Positions 12,721 to 25,158 of a stretch of 64,000 bases of DNA are shown here, in pieces (positions within the stretch are counted from its first letter, which is position 1; every line of letters starts with the position of its first letter). The DNA is from the human T2T-CHM13v2.0 reference genome, Homo sapiens: assembly GCF_009914755.1 (NCBI RefSeq), contig NC_060925.1; one strand, 5' to 3'. Under the pieces are notes generated by a model, which was not told where the DNA came from, ran no database searches, and saw only the letters and a list, made by a program, of their open reading frames with translations. A program made the position numbers and the translations under genes.

Positions 12721-15700
12721 CACTTTCACGGCCATGTGGGTCTCTGCAGGGCACCCTTCCTGGAGGAGGACCGGTGCAGACCCCTGTTGAGTAGGGGACA
12801 GCCGCCTGGAGAACCACCCTTGGCCGCCTTAGGTAGGTGCCAGCGCAGGTGTCTGCAGTCCTGACGCCAGGGGGCAGGATGAGACAGGGGAACGAAGTCG
12901 GTGCGGCAGGCGTGGCGGCCTCGCCGGTCTTTTCCTGGGACGCTCTCAGGATGGCTCTCGGAGGGTGCCCGGGCGGCAGGCAGGGCTCAGAATGCGGCTC
13001 CGTTGCTCACTAACGGCCTTCAGAGTCTTCTGAGCAGTCCAGGATGGGGGCAGCAGCTGCCTCTGTAGAGAATGTGAATCTTTGGCTTCTCAGGTATCCA
13101 ACACCTTGGCAAGCACCAGGGAGTGAAATCACTGAATTAAGAATGTGTTTGTGAGAAGTGGCAGCTGCTTCCCGCTGGGGCTCAGGGAGGGAGTTGCGGG
13201 CTGGGCCGGGGGCTGCTGAGCTCCGTGTCCACTGCTGTCTGGTCTGGAAACAGCGTGAATCCCGGTGACCGCCGCTCCCTCCCAGGCTGTCCCGGCAGGT
13301 TCTGAGCTGGTGAGAGGGATTTCAGGGTGGTGGGTGCTGTGCTGAGGCTTTGCTCCCCTGCTGGGTTGAGTGTCTGCAGCCGCCCCCACATCCCCCGCTT
13401 TGCTAGTCTTTTCCTTCACGCAGCCTTTGCTGCCCAGGGGGACCCACCCCAGCTGTTCTCGGGAGCCCAGCCCCTCTGCAGAGTTCTTTAGGCTGCTCCT
13501 ACCCAGAGGGACCTTCCCAGCAGGTGGGCCTAGCTTCAGATCTCCAAGTCTGTGGTGGCCCCCACCCACTGAGACCCAGGAGGCCCAGCGGGACTTGGGG
13601 TTCAGGCCAAGGTTTGTCTGGCTCCCTCCTTCCTCCTTCCAGGCACGTTGTCTAGAAATCACCTCATCTCTTACAGGTCACCAGTTAATTGTGTTGGAGG
13701 AAGCTCTGGGATGTACGGGTCTGAATGGCCCACAGCAGTTCAGGCCCTGGACTGAGCCTGGAACCCGCCCCCAGGGCTGGGTCCTGGCCTCGCCCATCTG
13801 TCTCCCTTGAGGGGAGGGCTGGGTTCTTCTCTTGGCCTCAGTTCCCTCCCGTTTGCCATTCCAAATACTTTTTATTCCCTCCCCCTTCCCCCAGCATCTC
13901 CTTTCTCTTCCTTTGTCTCCAGCCTTGTCTGTCGCTTTGCTTCTGGGCCTTGGCATCTGGGCATGAACCCACCGCCTCCAGCCAGTGCGAAGAGTGGGCG
14001 CCACTGGCCGGGTTCATCTTGCTGTGGTGGCGTGTTTGGGGGACCTGGGGGGGGACTGATGGGTCCCCAGGGTTTCTGAGGATGTGGGCCTTGGAGCGCT
14101 CCCAAGAGGCCAGTCTTCGTTTAACGTGGGTGGTCCCCACAAATGCTGGGGATGGGGGGTTTCCGGCCGCCCTCTGGGCATGAACTTTGGGCCTTTATCC
14201 CAAGTCTTCGGGGCAAGGAAGGGGAGTGGGAATTAAACTGGTGCCAGCCGTTAGGTCCACCCAGCAGATCTACCCGGCAGGCACAGCACCGCGGTCCGGA
14301 GAGCGCCAGTGCCTGTCACCAGGAGCAGAGTGAACCCCTCGTGGGTGCCAGCTCCTCCTGCCCCTCCTGAGCCTGACGGGGCTACGGTTTTCAGTGGCTG
14401 CGACGCCACAGGACCTGTGAGGAGAGACTGCACCCTGAAGGTCTGGCGGCGAGCGGATCCTAAACAAAGTGAGGCCTAGGAGCGCCGTCCTGAAGGCACT
14501 GCTCTCCCCAGGGCCAGCTCCTGGCTATGGGGTCAGACAGGTCGCTGGGTCCTCACAGCCAGCGCAAACACAGATCCAGGCGTGGTCGTCCCGTGTCCAG
14601 GGAGCTGCTACCTTGTGCTGCTGGGACCTGGCATCGAGTAGGTACAGCCAAGCCCACAGGAACGGAGCCGTGGCTTCCAGGGTCGTGCAACCCTGGCCTG
14701 CCCTGGGCTGGCTGAGGGGCCCACCACCCTGGGCTGGCACTTGGGCTCCCCTCAAGCAGACTGCCTGTCTGCAGCCTCATCTCCTGAGAGCGGAGCCTCA
14801 GCCAGCCTAGGTGCAGGTCACCCTCACACGTGGCCGCACCAAGGCCACCTCACAATCACAGCCATGCCACATGCTGAGCCCCCGAGATGTGCAGGCCACA
14901 TGCCAGCTGGCTGCTTCTGTTGTGTTTCTGCGGGAGCTGCATGAGGCTGAAGGAGAGACCCGGGCAGAGAGAGGCTGAGCCTCTTGCTCTTGGAGGCAGA
15001 CGCGGGTTTCGGTGCTGCCCCCCTCTGACACCCTGGTCGACATTTCTGTTCCTGCCTCAGGCCTCCTCCTTGAACCTGCCTCTGACCTCACCAGGAGTGG
15101 GTTTGTCTGGCGACCAGACCCTGGTGGCCTTCTGCTGAAGCCTCTGCAATCGTTCCGCACTGGGGGCTCGGTGACCGCAGGTGGACCCTGCTCTGTGGGA
15201 AGCAGCCTGGGGGCTACGGGAGGCAGTGAGAGGGTCACCCCATCTCTCTGGAGTTTGACACAGTCTCCCATCTGGCCTCAACTGTACTGACCCCTGACCT
15301 CTGACCTTCAAGCCCCCAGGCCCAGTCGAACTGGTACCTTAAAAGGACACGGCCTGTTGGTGTCTGGGTGAGGCCACTGGGTCGATGTGGATGGAGGGTG
15401 GCTGGATGTGCTTTCTGGGGGTCCTCTGGACACAGGGGGTGCTGTAATCCCCTCCCCTTCCTGGAGACCTGGCGGACACGCCTCCTCCCAGGGACGCCCA
15501 GGCAGGCCAAGCCCAGGTCCACAGGTCGCCCTCTGTCTTCCAAGCATTTGAAAGACACTGACAGATGATAATACCTTTTTTTTTTTTTTTTCCATTTAGG
15601 GAAAGGCCTGAAAGTAAAATTGTATCAACATTAGGTTTGGCTAATGTTGCCATTAGGCAAACCTAATTTTAATGAAGCCAGGAGGTTCTCGTTTTGGGCC

Positions 15701-15723
15701 TTGACTGGACAGGTTTGAGCTAG

Positions 15724-16049
<326 letters not shown>

Positions 16050-16051
16050 TT

Positions 16052-16190
16052 GTTCATCCAGTTTTTATTGAGCATCTATTATGTGCCGATATTGAGGTAG
16101 ACTCTGGGAGTCACAGCAGTGAATGCAGCTGCCTGGATGCCTCGTGAGGGCCGGAGCCTCACTGGGGAGATGGACATGAACAGCAAATGC
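16052..16190 (-). mobile_element. L2 3'-end remnant
   Basis: tttattgagcatctattatgtgcc...cagcagtgaa. Confidence 0.55.
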
Positions 16191-18148
16191 ACAGCGAGGT
16201 TGGTCCCCGCACCTGAGACCACACTGAGGCTGAAGGAGGGGCTGGCAGTGCTAGGGCAGGGCTGCGGCTCTCAGCATCCTGATGTGAAATTGTCTCCGGC
16301 AGGAAAGCCAGGGGTCTGTGCGGGGATGCTGCAGGACACGAGAACCAGCCAAGACCTATGGCCCCTGCAGCCACCGAGGGCTCGAGAGCGCCCCTGTGGA
16401 CTTGGCTGGGCCCTTCATGGTGACATCCAGGAATGCGGCTGAGCGCGGGTGTTGACCTCGCTGTTTGCTGGAATGTTTGGGTTCTTGGACCATGTCAGTG
16501 ACGGCTGTGTCACCATGGCCTTGCTATCCCCAGGAAAACCTAACATGCACCCCGCGCCTGTCCTCTGGGACTCCCATCCTCCTCCTTTGTCTGACCCCTG
16601 AGAGGCTTACCGTTTCCCCAGGGCAGCCCCGGCTGTGGCCCTCGGCCCTGCTCCAGGCGGCCATGTCAGTGTCCTCCCTCGGCGCTCCCAACACCCTACC
16701 TGGCTCTGCGATGGCCACCCTGGACTCCTAAACACCCCAGAAAGGGAAGAGATTTAAGAGGAACCTTGATTCCTGCCATTCTGCGCAGTCGTGGGTCCCT
16801 CCTCCACCTGGGGCCCTCAAGGGGATTTCTGTCCGCACTCCCAGCCAGCGACCCCTCCCAGTTCCTGCAGCTGGAGCGGCCCTCTCTCCTGAACATTCGG
16901 GCACCTGCGTCTGTCACTGCAGCCAGAGGGCTGGAGTGTCTTCGGTCAACTCGCCATCCCTGCCACGGCTGGAGGCCACATGTCCCAGAACCTACCTTGC
17001 TGGGATGGGGGTTGGGGTGGCAGAGGCTGAACGCGTGTGAGGTTTGGGGGAGGACAAGCGGAGCGGGGATGTGTGGGAGGTCCTGGTGTCCACCGTGAGG
17101 ATGGTCACACCCCATAGCTTTGTTGATGCTGTGGCTGTAGCAGGCCCAGTGGCTCCGCTGAGCCTCCCTAGCACCAGTGCCCAGTGAAGTGTGGGGGGCT
17201 GGACATAGGTGGCCTCAGTTCCTGGGACTCCCCCAAAGCTCTGGTTTCCCCCCTGCTCCCAGGCTTCAGGTGGACGAGTTAGTGACCACCCCCACTCCAG
17301 ACCTCCCTCCCCTAGCCACCCCCACAGTTATAAAAACCTTCATTCTCATATGGAACCCCCTTTCCTGAAATCCGTAGAGTGACTGACTGCTTTCTTGAGT
17401 GAATCTGGACTGGGCCACATGATGATCGCTGTACAGAGCAGCTGAGCTCCTCTGTCTCAGCCTCCCTGAGTTCACAGCAGGCTCTGGGCATCATCTCCGT
17501 GTCATCCTAAGGCCACGGGCGGGGTTCCCACCAAACAGGAGAGCAGCTCTCCCGAGATGAAGCCTTCTGATAGCCCTAGAACCAAGAGGAACCGTGTGGG
17601 GTTGGGTGGGGTGTTTACTGTGCACTCCTGATGTTCCCTCCCAGTGAAGGACACCCACCTGGGACACTGTGGCCCCTGGCCCTCCCTCCCTCCCCTCGGT
17701 GGCAGAGAGAACTTCCTGGTGGGTGACAGCCCATGGTCCACCCTTGCCAGGTGGATTCAGGCAAAATACGCCAGGCTGTGTGCTGAAGGCATCCCATCTC
17801 TTCCTCGTCCCCTCTCGGCTGGATCGGGGTGGGGCAGCGGGTGGTGAGTGTGTCTGTCCTGCCAGTTCAGCCTCCAACTGGTCTGCTGTGGGGCAGGAGC
17901 CCACCTGGCTCTCCTGCAGAGCTGCATGGCCTGCCTTGCCTCACCCGTGACAACAGAGACTTTGGTTCTCCATCTGCAGACGCATTTGTCTTGTTTCTTA
18001 TTCGGTCCAGAACTCGGGTGGGAAGAAGGGTGATGTTATTTGGGTCCCCTCAAGACCTTGACAACAGATAGTTTTTAATATCACATTTTAAAGCCGCCAA
18101 CTTTCTCTCCTCCACTTTGGTATTTCCCTGATTTTTAAACAGAATGTC

Positions 18149-18325
18149 GGCTCTGGAGGCAGAAAGCTTGGGCTTGGATCTGGGCCCTGCCACGCAGTAG
18201 CTATGTGGCCAGGGAATACATAGCTTCCGGATCTCCGATCCCTACAGTAAAGTACAGATAAAAATACTTTTCATTGATGTGTTTGAAATCGAATGAGATA
18301 GTTAATGAATGAGTAAGTGCTCTGC
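18149..18325 (+). mobile_element. MIR remnant
   Basis: ggctctggaggcaga...ctgccacgcagtagctatgtggcc...aatgagata...taagtgct. Confidence 0.55.
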
Positions 18326-18859
18326 AAACTCCAGAGCGGGGTGCGCGTTCTGATCTGTTTCATAGAATCTGACACGTACCCTTTCCCACCCCAGCGTCTC
18401 TGAATTGGGATGCATCTGACAGCAAGTGTGGCATCCGGGCTGCAGTTGCCGTTGTCTGCTCACATGTGAATTAAAAAAACAATCTCAGCATATGAAATCT
18501 CTAATCGCGTATGAACTTGGTGGTTATTCCTGGTGCCGTGTGGATAACTGCAGCCTCAACACCCCAGTCCACAAACCACGTACGGACCAACTGAGGAAGG
18601 AGTAGGGGTTCTTGTTGTTGCAGAAAACCCTCCCTCAACTTGCTCTAGAAGATACCAGCATTCATACTTGGAGTGGGCATCAGCAGCTTGGAAGACACAG
18701 CAGTGGGCCCCTCTTAGCAGGAGTGCCCCATCTCATGGCTCCCGACGACGACCCAGAGGGTGATGCTGCGTAGGGGCTCACGGACATTGGCACTCTAAGT
18801 CAGAGATGCTCAGGTGAAGGGGGCTCTGATGGTGAGGACATTCAGAAATAACAGAGATT

Positions 18860-19169
<310 letters not shown>

Positions 19170-19221
19170 TTACTTATGTTTTCCTCTTTTCTGTGTGTAT
19201 AATGAGAGAAATTAGGATGCC

Positions 19222-19252
<31 letters not shown>

Positions 19253-19289
19253 CCAAGGCCTTCTAAGTCTATAAAAATTTTTTAAGTAA

Positions 19290-19416
19290 TTTTTTTTTTT
19301 TTTAAGAGACAGGGTCTTGCTCTGTAGCCCAGGCTGGGGTGCAGCAGTGCAATCCCAGCTCACTGCAGCCTTGAGCTCCTGGGCTCAAATGATCCTCCCA
19401 CGTTGGCCTCCCAAAG
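19290..19416 (-). mobile_element. Alu monomer (FLAM-like)
   Basis: T-tail, gagacagggtcttgctctgtagcccagg...ggcctcccaaag. Confidence 0.85.
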
Positions 19417-19686
19417 CATAACACATTTTAAAATAAAATTATAGATAATAAGAAAGCATTGTGTTAAAGTTTAATTGGCAGCATTTTAAATTCTTTCTTA
19501 CTGAGTTCCAGTTTTAAGCTCAGCTCTGCAGGTAAACAGCGGCACAAACCTGATTGCATTGCCTGGTCCCTCTGAGCCTCGGTTCCCTTATCTGACAGCA
19601 GGGCTGTATCTATTCTAGCTCTCTGGGTTGCAGGTGATGAGGAGAAGCAACCCTAATCGGCTGAAGCCAAAGAAAGGACTTCAGAT

Positions 19687-19742
19687 CTCGTAACTGCAAA
19701 TCCTGGGGTCTAGCCTCATAACTGCAAATCCTGGGGTCTAGC
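19687..19742 (+). repeat. 2 x 28-bp tandem duplication
   Basis: ctc(g/a)taactgcaaatcctggggtctagc at 19687 and 19715. Confidence 0.9.
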
Positions 19743-20250
19743 CTCCCTCTCTGGTTCTTGTCACCTCCTCGTGGGCTTCAGTCCCAAGTTCCAGATCGGG
19801 GCAAGACATGGCCGAAGCCCAGGGCCCGCATCCTCCCAGATTCCAGCCACCTGGGAGTGTGTCTGTGGTCCCTGGTCTCTGACGAGGTCCTGTGCCCTGC
19901 CATTGGTTCCAGGGGACTGCCGGAGCTGATGGGTCAGGCCTGCACTGGAGCTGGGTGGAGTTGGCTCCATCCTGAGGTTACCCCTATGCCAGAGGGGCAT
20001 GGGTGGTTCCCAGGGTAGGGAAAGTGTGTGCTGGGTACCCAGACATCGAAGCCTACTGTGCCTCCTTCTGTGACAAGGCATGTGTCATGTGTTGCTCCAG
20101 GATGGGCATGTACTCATAGATGGGGCTCAACAGGTTGAATTCTCCTTTCCCTCCTTTCCTCTGGCTTATGGTCATCCACTCTTTGGAGCTAGCCAGGCCA
20201 AGTTGGAGGATGCAAAGGTGAATGGGGACACTGGCATTCCAAAGGGGACC

Positions 20251-20604
20251 CGATATAGTTTGGCTGTGTCCCCACCCGAATCTTACCTTGAATTCCCATG
20301 TGTTGTGGGAGGGACCTGGTGGGAGGTGATTGAATCATGGGGGCAGGTCTTTCCCATGCTGTTCTCATGATAGTGAATAAGTCTCATGAGATCTGATGGT
20401 TTTATAAGGGGGAGTTTCCCCACATAAGCTCTTTTTTTGCCTGCTGCCATCCATGTAAGACGTGACTTGCTCCTCCTTGCCTTCCGCCATGATTGTGAGG
20501 CCTCCCCAGCCACGTGGAACTGTAAGTCCATTCAATCTCTTTCTTTAGTAAATTGCCCAGTTTCGGGTATGTCTTTATCAGCAGTGTGAAAATGGACTAA
20601 TACA
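20251..20604 (+). mobile_element. THE1 (C/D-like) solo LTR
   Basis: cgatatagtttggctgtgtccccacc...gtgtgaaaatggactaataca; TSD ggacc/gggcc. Confidence 0.92.
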
Positions 20605-21984
20605 GGGCCGCTTTGCAAATATGATGGAGCCTCACATCCCACAGAGCCAGGCTCGGGCAGATCTCTGAGGCAGGCTTTCTTTGTGAAGAGCTGCCTTGTA
20701 AGGGAGCCACAGAAAACACCTGGATAACGTAGAAGTCTTTGCCTGGGGGTGGGGAGTCAGCACGTAACCTTCTTATTTTTGGAATAAGCTCATGTGTTTC
20801 TGCTCTTGGGGGACGAAAAACAACCTGCAGAGGCGCTTCGCTGTGTTCACGCAGTAGAGTTCCCAGGAAACCCTGGAGCTAATTCCAGGTCAAATTCTCA
20901 TCCAAAACACTGGCTGCAAACGGCCCTGAATGCTGGAGTGATGGCAGGTCGTGACCAGACAGAGAAGACCAAGAGCCCTCCCGGGTTAATAGCGTAGGGG
21001 ATTTATTTCCAGGATCACCACCCCCGGACTTGCCAGGCAGAGGGCTGTTCCGAGCGGCGCTGGAGGACAGGGTGCCTGAGGGCATCTCATTCTCCCAGCA
21101 GGACACCCTGGTTGCTTCCTTCCCACCTCCAGACCTTTATTGGCAATTCACCCGCTACAAAGGGCTCGCCCTCCCCAGTGCTATTTGTGGCTTTGCTGCT
21201 CATGTGGGTCCCCTGCTTGGTTCAGAGGAAACCTTTGTGTGCCCGGAAGGCCACCAGTGGAGGCCAGCAAATGCTGCCATTTCACCCCAGCCCACAGTGC
21301 CAGCTGCTGTTGTGGGGACAGTCTTTTCCCTTTTCCAGATAGGGGCTGAAAGTCATCTGCGTCTGGAACCCTCCCTTTCTCAAGGACAGTGGCGGTGGAA
21401 GGGGATGCTCTGCCCTGCTCCAGGAAACGATTCTTCATGAGTGGGCACACAGGCCGTCTCCTGAGACATCCACATTCTCTCTCTGGCCACTTTGCCTGGT
21501 GATGAAGGCCCAGGTTGGCAAGGTGTCGGGGACATCAGGGAGCCTAGGGTTAGTGAGCATTGGCAACAGTGGCTACTCACATCCCAGGGATCAGGAGGCC
21601 TATGGGGAAAGACCCAGTGCAAGCCCCCTCCCATGCACGACAAGGGGCTGCCCCCAGTTCCATGGAGTGATAAAAATGCCCAGTTGTCCAGTCCCTGAGG
21701 CACTTTAACCACGCAGGACCAGCTCCATTTCCAGGACTTGCTCTAGGTATCTTCTCCCAGCCTGCAGCCCTGGGCTGTCTTGGTCTCTGGGCCCCTCACC
21801 CTATGAATGCCATGGGGCTGGGTGCACTCTGCATATCTACATGTCATGGCCACCCATGCCCCCGTCCTCAGGTATTCACTGGCTGGCACTTTCCCCTGCT
21901 CTGTTCTGCAGGTTTCAGGCTGACAATGGGCACTGAAGTTCCAAGGGCATTGGAAATAGCAACTAGCTCGCTTGCCCACCAGCC

Positions 21985-22540
21985 CGCCCTCCCTCCCTCC
22001 TTCCCCCTCCCTCCCTCCCTTCCTTCCTTCCCTTCCTTCTTCCCTCTCTCCCTCCATCCCTCCCTCCCTTCCTTCTTTTCTTTGTCTTTCCCTCCCTCCC
22101 TCCCCCTTCCCCTCTTTTTCTCCCCTTCCTTCCTCCCTTCCTTCCTCCCTCCCTCCCTCCCCTTCCCTCCTTCCCTCCCTTCCCTCCCTCCTCCCTCCCT
22201 CCCTTCCTTCCTTTTCTTTGTCTTTCCCTCCATCCCTCCCCCTTCCCCTCTTTTTCTCTCCTTCCTTCCTTCCCTCCTTCCTTCCTTCCTCCCTCCCTCC
22301 CTCTTCCCTCCCTCTCTTTTTCTCTCCCTCTCACTCCCTCCCTCCGTCCCTCCCTTCCTTCTTTTCTTTGTCTTTCCCTCCCTCCCTCCCTCCCCCTTCC
22401 CCTCTTTTTCTCTCCTTCCTTCCTTCCTTCCTTCCTTCCCTCCTTCCTTCCCCCCTCCCTCCCTCCCTTCCCTCCCTTCCTTCCCTCCCTCCCTTCCTTC
22501 CCTCCCTCCCTCTCTTTTTCTCTCCCTCTCCCTCTCTTTT
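21985..22540. repeat. ~550-bp polypyrimidine (CCCT/CCTT)n tract, expanded Alu tail
   Basis: Almost purely C/T on the + strand; abuts a minus-strand AluJ. Confidence 0.95.
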
Positions 22541-22802
22541 TCTCACCCTGTCACCCTGGCTAGAGTGCAGTATCTCACTGCAGCCTCGATGTCCTGGGAT
22601 CAAGTGATCCCTGGCCCTCAGCCCCTATGTAGCTGGGGATACAGGTGCATGCCACCACCACACATGGCTAATTTTTGTATTTTTTGTAGAGATGGGGTTT
22701 CATCATGTTGCCCAGGCTGGTCTCGAACTCCTGGGCTCAAGTGATCACCCGCCTCGGCCTCCCAAAATGCTGGGATTACAGGCATGAGCCACTGTGCCCA
22801 GC
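22541..22802 (-). mobile_element. AluJ
   Basis: ctcactgcagcctcg...ctgggctcaagtgatc diagnostics. Confidence 0.9.
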
Positions 22803-23952
22803 TCTGGCCCCTGCTTTAGGGAAAGGTACAGCCAGATTATGACAGAAAGGCCTCTTAAAGCTGCCTCGATCATTTCTCAACATGCAAGCCCTGGCCTCTG
22901 ACGGGGAGGTGATGGACTGGAATGGGGACTCAGAAACCTTTCTAGGGCTGAAAAAATCCAGCTTTACCTCTTCTTTTGGGTGGTGATTACATGGGTGTAT
23001 ACAGTTGTCAAAACTCATTAAAATGAGCACTTCAAACGTCTGTTAAAAAATGTCTTATGACACCAGCTAGCAGTTCTTGCTGTTGTTTTTTTCATGTGTG
23101 GGACTGGGATTGTTATGAGAATTGAATGAGATATCCATCTCAGGCCCTTAGTAGAGGGCCTGCGCCATGGCTGTGGGTCAGCAGAGGCTGGCTGGTGGCA
23201 CCGTTACTACTTTTAATTCTTCCTAGTGTTTAGCCCCATCCTTCAGACACATGCAGGAGCCGTTCTGCCATCAGTGGAATTGGAGACTCTTCTGGTTCAA
23301 TATCCAGACTCAGGGTCCCCTTTTCACCCTCGTGCTGCTTGCGCTGGAGTAATGTGGTCACTTGTGTGTTTCTCGTGTGGACAGATTGTTCCCTGCTCAC
23401 TGCCCACCCACGCCAGGTGGTAAGTTTCACGAGGGCACCTGTTTTTTTCATCATCGAATTCTTGGCATACAGCACAGTGCTGGGCACTTGGAGCTCTTTG
23501 AGAATATTTGTGAAAGGATAGAAGGATGATGGTGAAGACGATGATAATTTTTAATAATAATTACAACAGCTTAAAAATTTTTAAATGTTTTTATTATTTG
23601 TCTTCCCTTTTCCCTCCTTGAGAAAACCAGTTCCCTAGTTAACTTTTGAAATCTTTTCATTGTAAGTAAAACACACACACAGAAAACTACACTAACAAAT
23701 ATTTGGCTTAATGGATTATGATAAGGCAGACATCCCTGAAACCACCACCCACATCGAGAGAGGGAACTTGGTTTCCTGCCCATGCTTTTCTTTTCCTCAA
23801 GCTTTATCTGATGACGAGCCCCACATCTGGCTGTAGAGATGCCATCCTTGAGGCTTTGCTGAGGCCTCTGCGGGGTGCTACCATGTTCCTCTGTCCTCCG
23901 CACTTCCTGGCAAGGGGCAGCTGGAACCGGAGGCTGCATCGGACTCTGCCTT

Positions 23953-24596
23953 CATTACCAGTAGAGGGTCTTGATTACGAGTCATCTAGGTTCTTGGCAT
24001 TTTGAACAAAGGATTAGACAAGATGCACAAACAAACAATGAAAGAATGAAGCAACGAAAACACAGATTTACCGAAATGAAAGTGCACTTCACAGAGTGGG
24101 AGCGGCCTCCAGGAAGCCACTCAAGAGTGCTGGTTACAGAATTTTCTGGGGTTTAAATAGCCTTGAGGGGTTTCCCATTGGTTACCTGGTTTACACCCTG
24201 TGTAAATGAAGTAGCGACCTGCAACCAGTCTGATTGGTTGCACAAGGCGACCAACTACAGGCTGAACTGAAGTTACGAAATTACACCTTATGCAAACACC
24301 TGGTTGGTTGTGGGAGGGGACCAATCAGAGGCTGAAGTGAAGTTACAAAGTTATACCCATATGCAAATGAAGACTAGACCCGTGACCAGTCTGATTGGTT
24401 GCAGGAGGGGACCAATCAGAGCTACTTTCCATTTCTCATCTACGATATAGAAAAGGGGGTGGTGGCAAAGGGAGGAGCTTTTGTTCTCTTGTTACTTGGG
24501 TGTGGAAAATTGGGGTTTTCCTTTTGATTCAGTTCTAGAAAGTCAGTGCAAATCAGCCTTAGGTTCCCTGCCTCTAGACCCTATTCTCCTGCCTCA
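23953..24596 (-). mobile_element. MER51-like ERV1 solo LTR
   Basis: Reverse complement begins tgaggcaggagaatagggtctagaggcagggaacctaagg; repeated ctgattggtt/ccaatcag boxes. Confidence 0.85.
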
Positions 24597-24692
24597 CTTT
24601 GGTCCTTTTGACAAGATTGTAGATGGTGCTGGTTTCTGTCATCAGGAGGCATGTAATAATGTCTGGTTTCATTCTTTTTTGATGGTAGCAGC

Positions 24693-25158
24693 TGTAGTGG
24701 GTGTAACTGTGTCCACTAAAAAGAGATGTCAAGTCCAAACCCCTGGCACCTGTGAACAGGCTCTTATTTGGAAATCGGGTCTTTGCAGATACAATCAAGA
24801 TGAGATCATACTTGCTTAGGCTGGGCCCTAAGCCAGTCACTGGTGTCCTTATAAAAGAGGCAAATTTGGACACATAGAAGATGCAGCAATGCACTCACAG
24901 GGAGAATGCCACGTGAAGGCAGAGGTCAGGGCAGAGGTCAAGGCGGAGGTCAGGGTGGTGCCTCCGTGAGCCCAGGAATGCCAAGGATGGGTGACTGATG
25001 ACACTGGAGGCTGGGAGACAGATTCTCCCTTAGAGCCTCTGGAAGGAGCCAGCCCTGCCAACGCCTGGGTTTGACTTCTGGCCTCCAGGACTTCGAGAGA
25101 ATACCTTTCTGTGGTTCTGAGTCACTCCATCTGTGGGACTTGGTCACAGAAACCAACA
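24693..25158 (+). mobile_element. MLT1C-like MaLR LTR
   Basis: ttatttggaaatcgggtctttgcagat...ctggtgtccttataaaagagg...gacttctggcctccag. Confidence 0.85.

Noticed and set aside
21803-22744. 313-aa Pro/Ser/Leu/Phe ORF
   Set aside because: Polypyrimidine tract plus antisense Alu.
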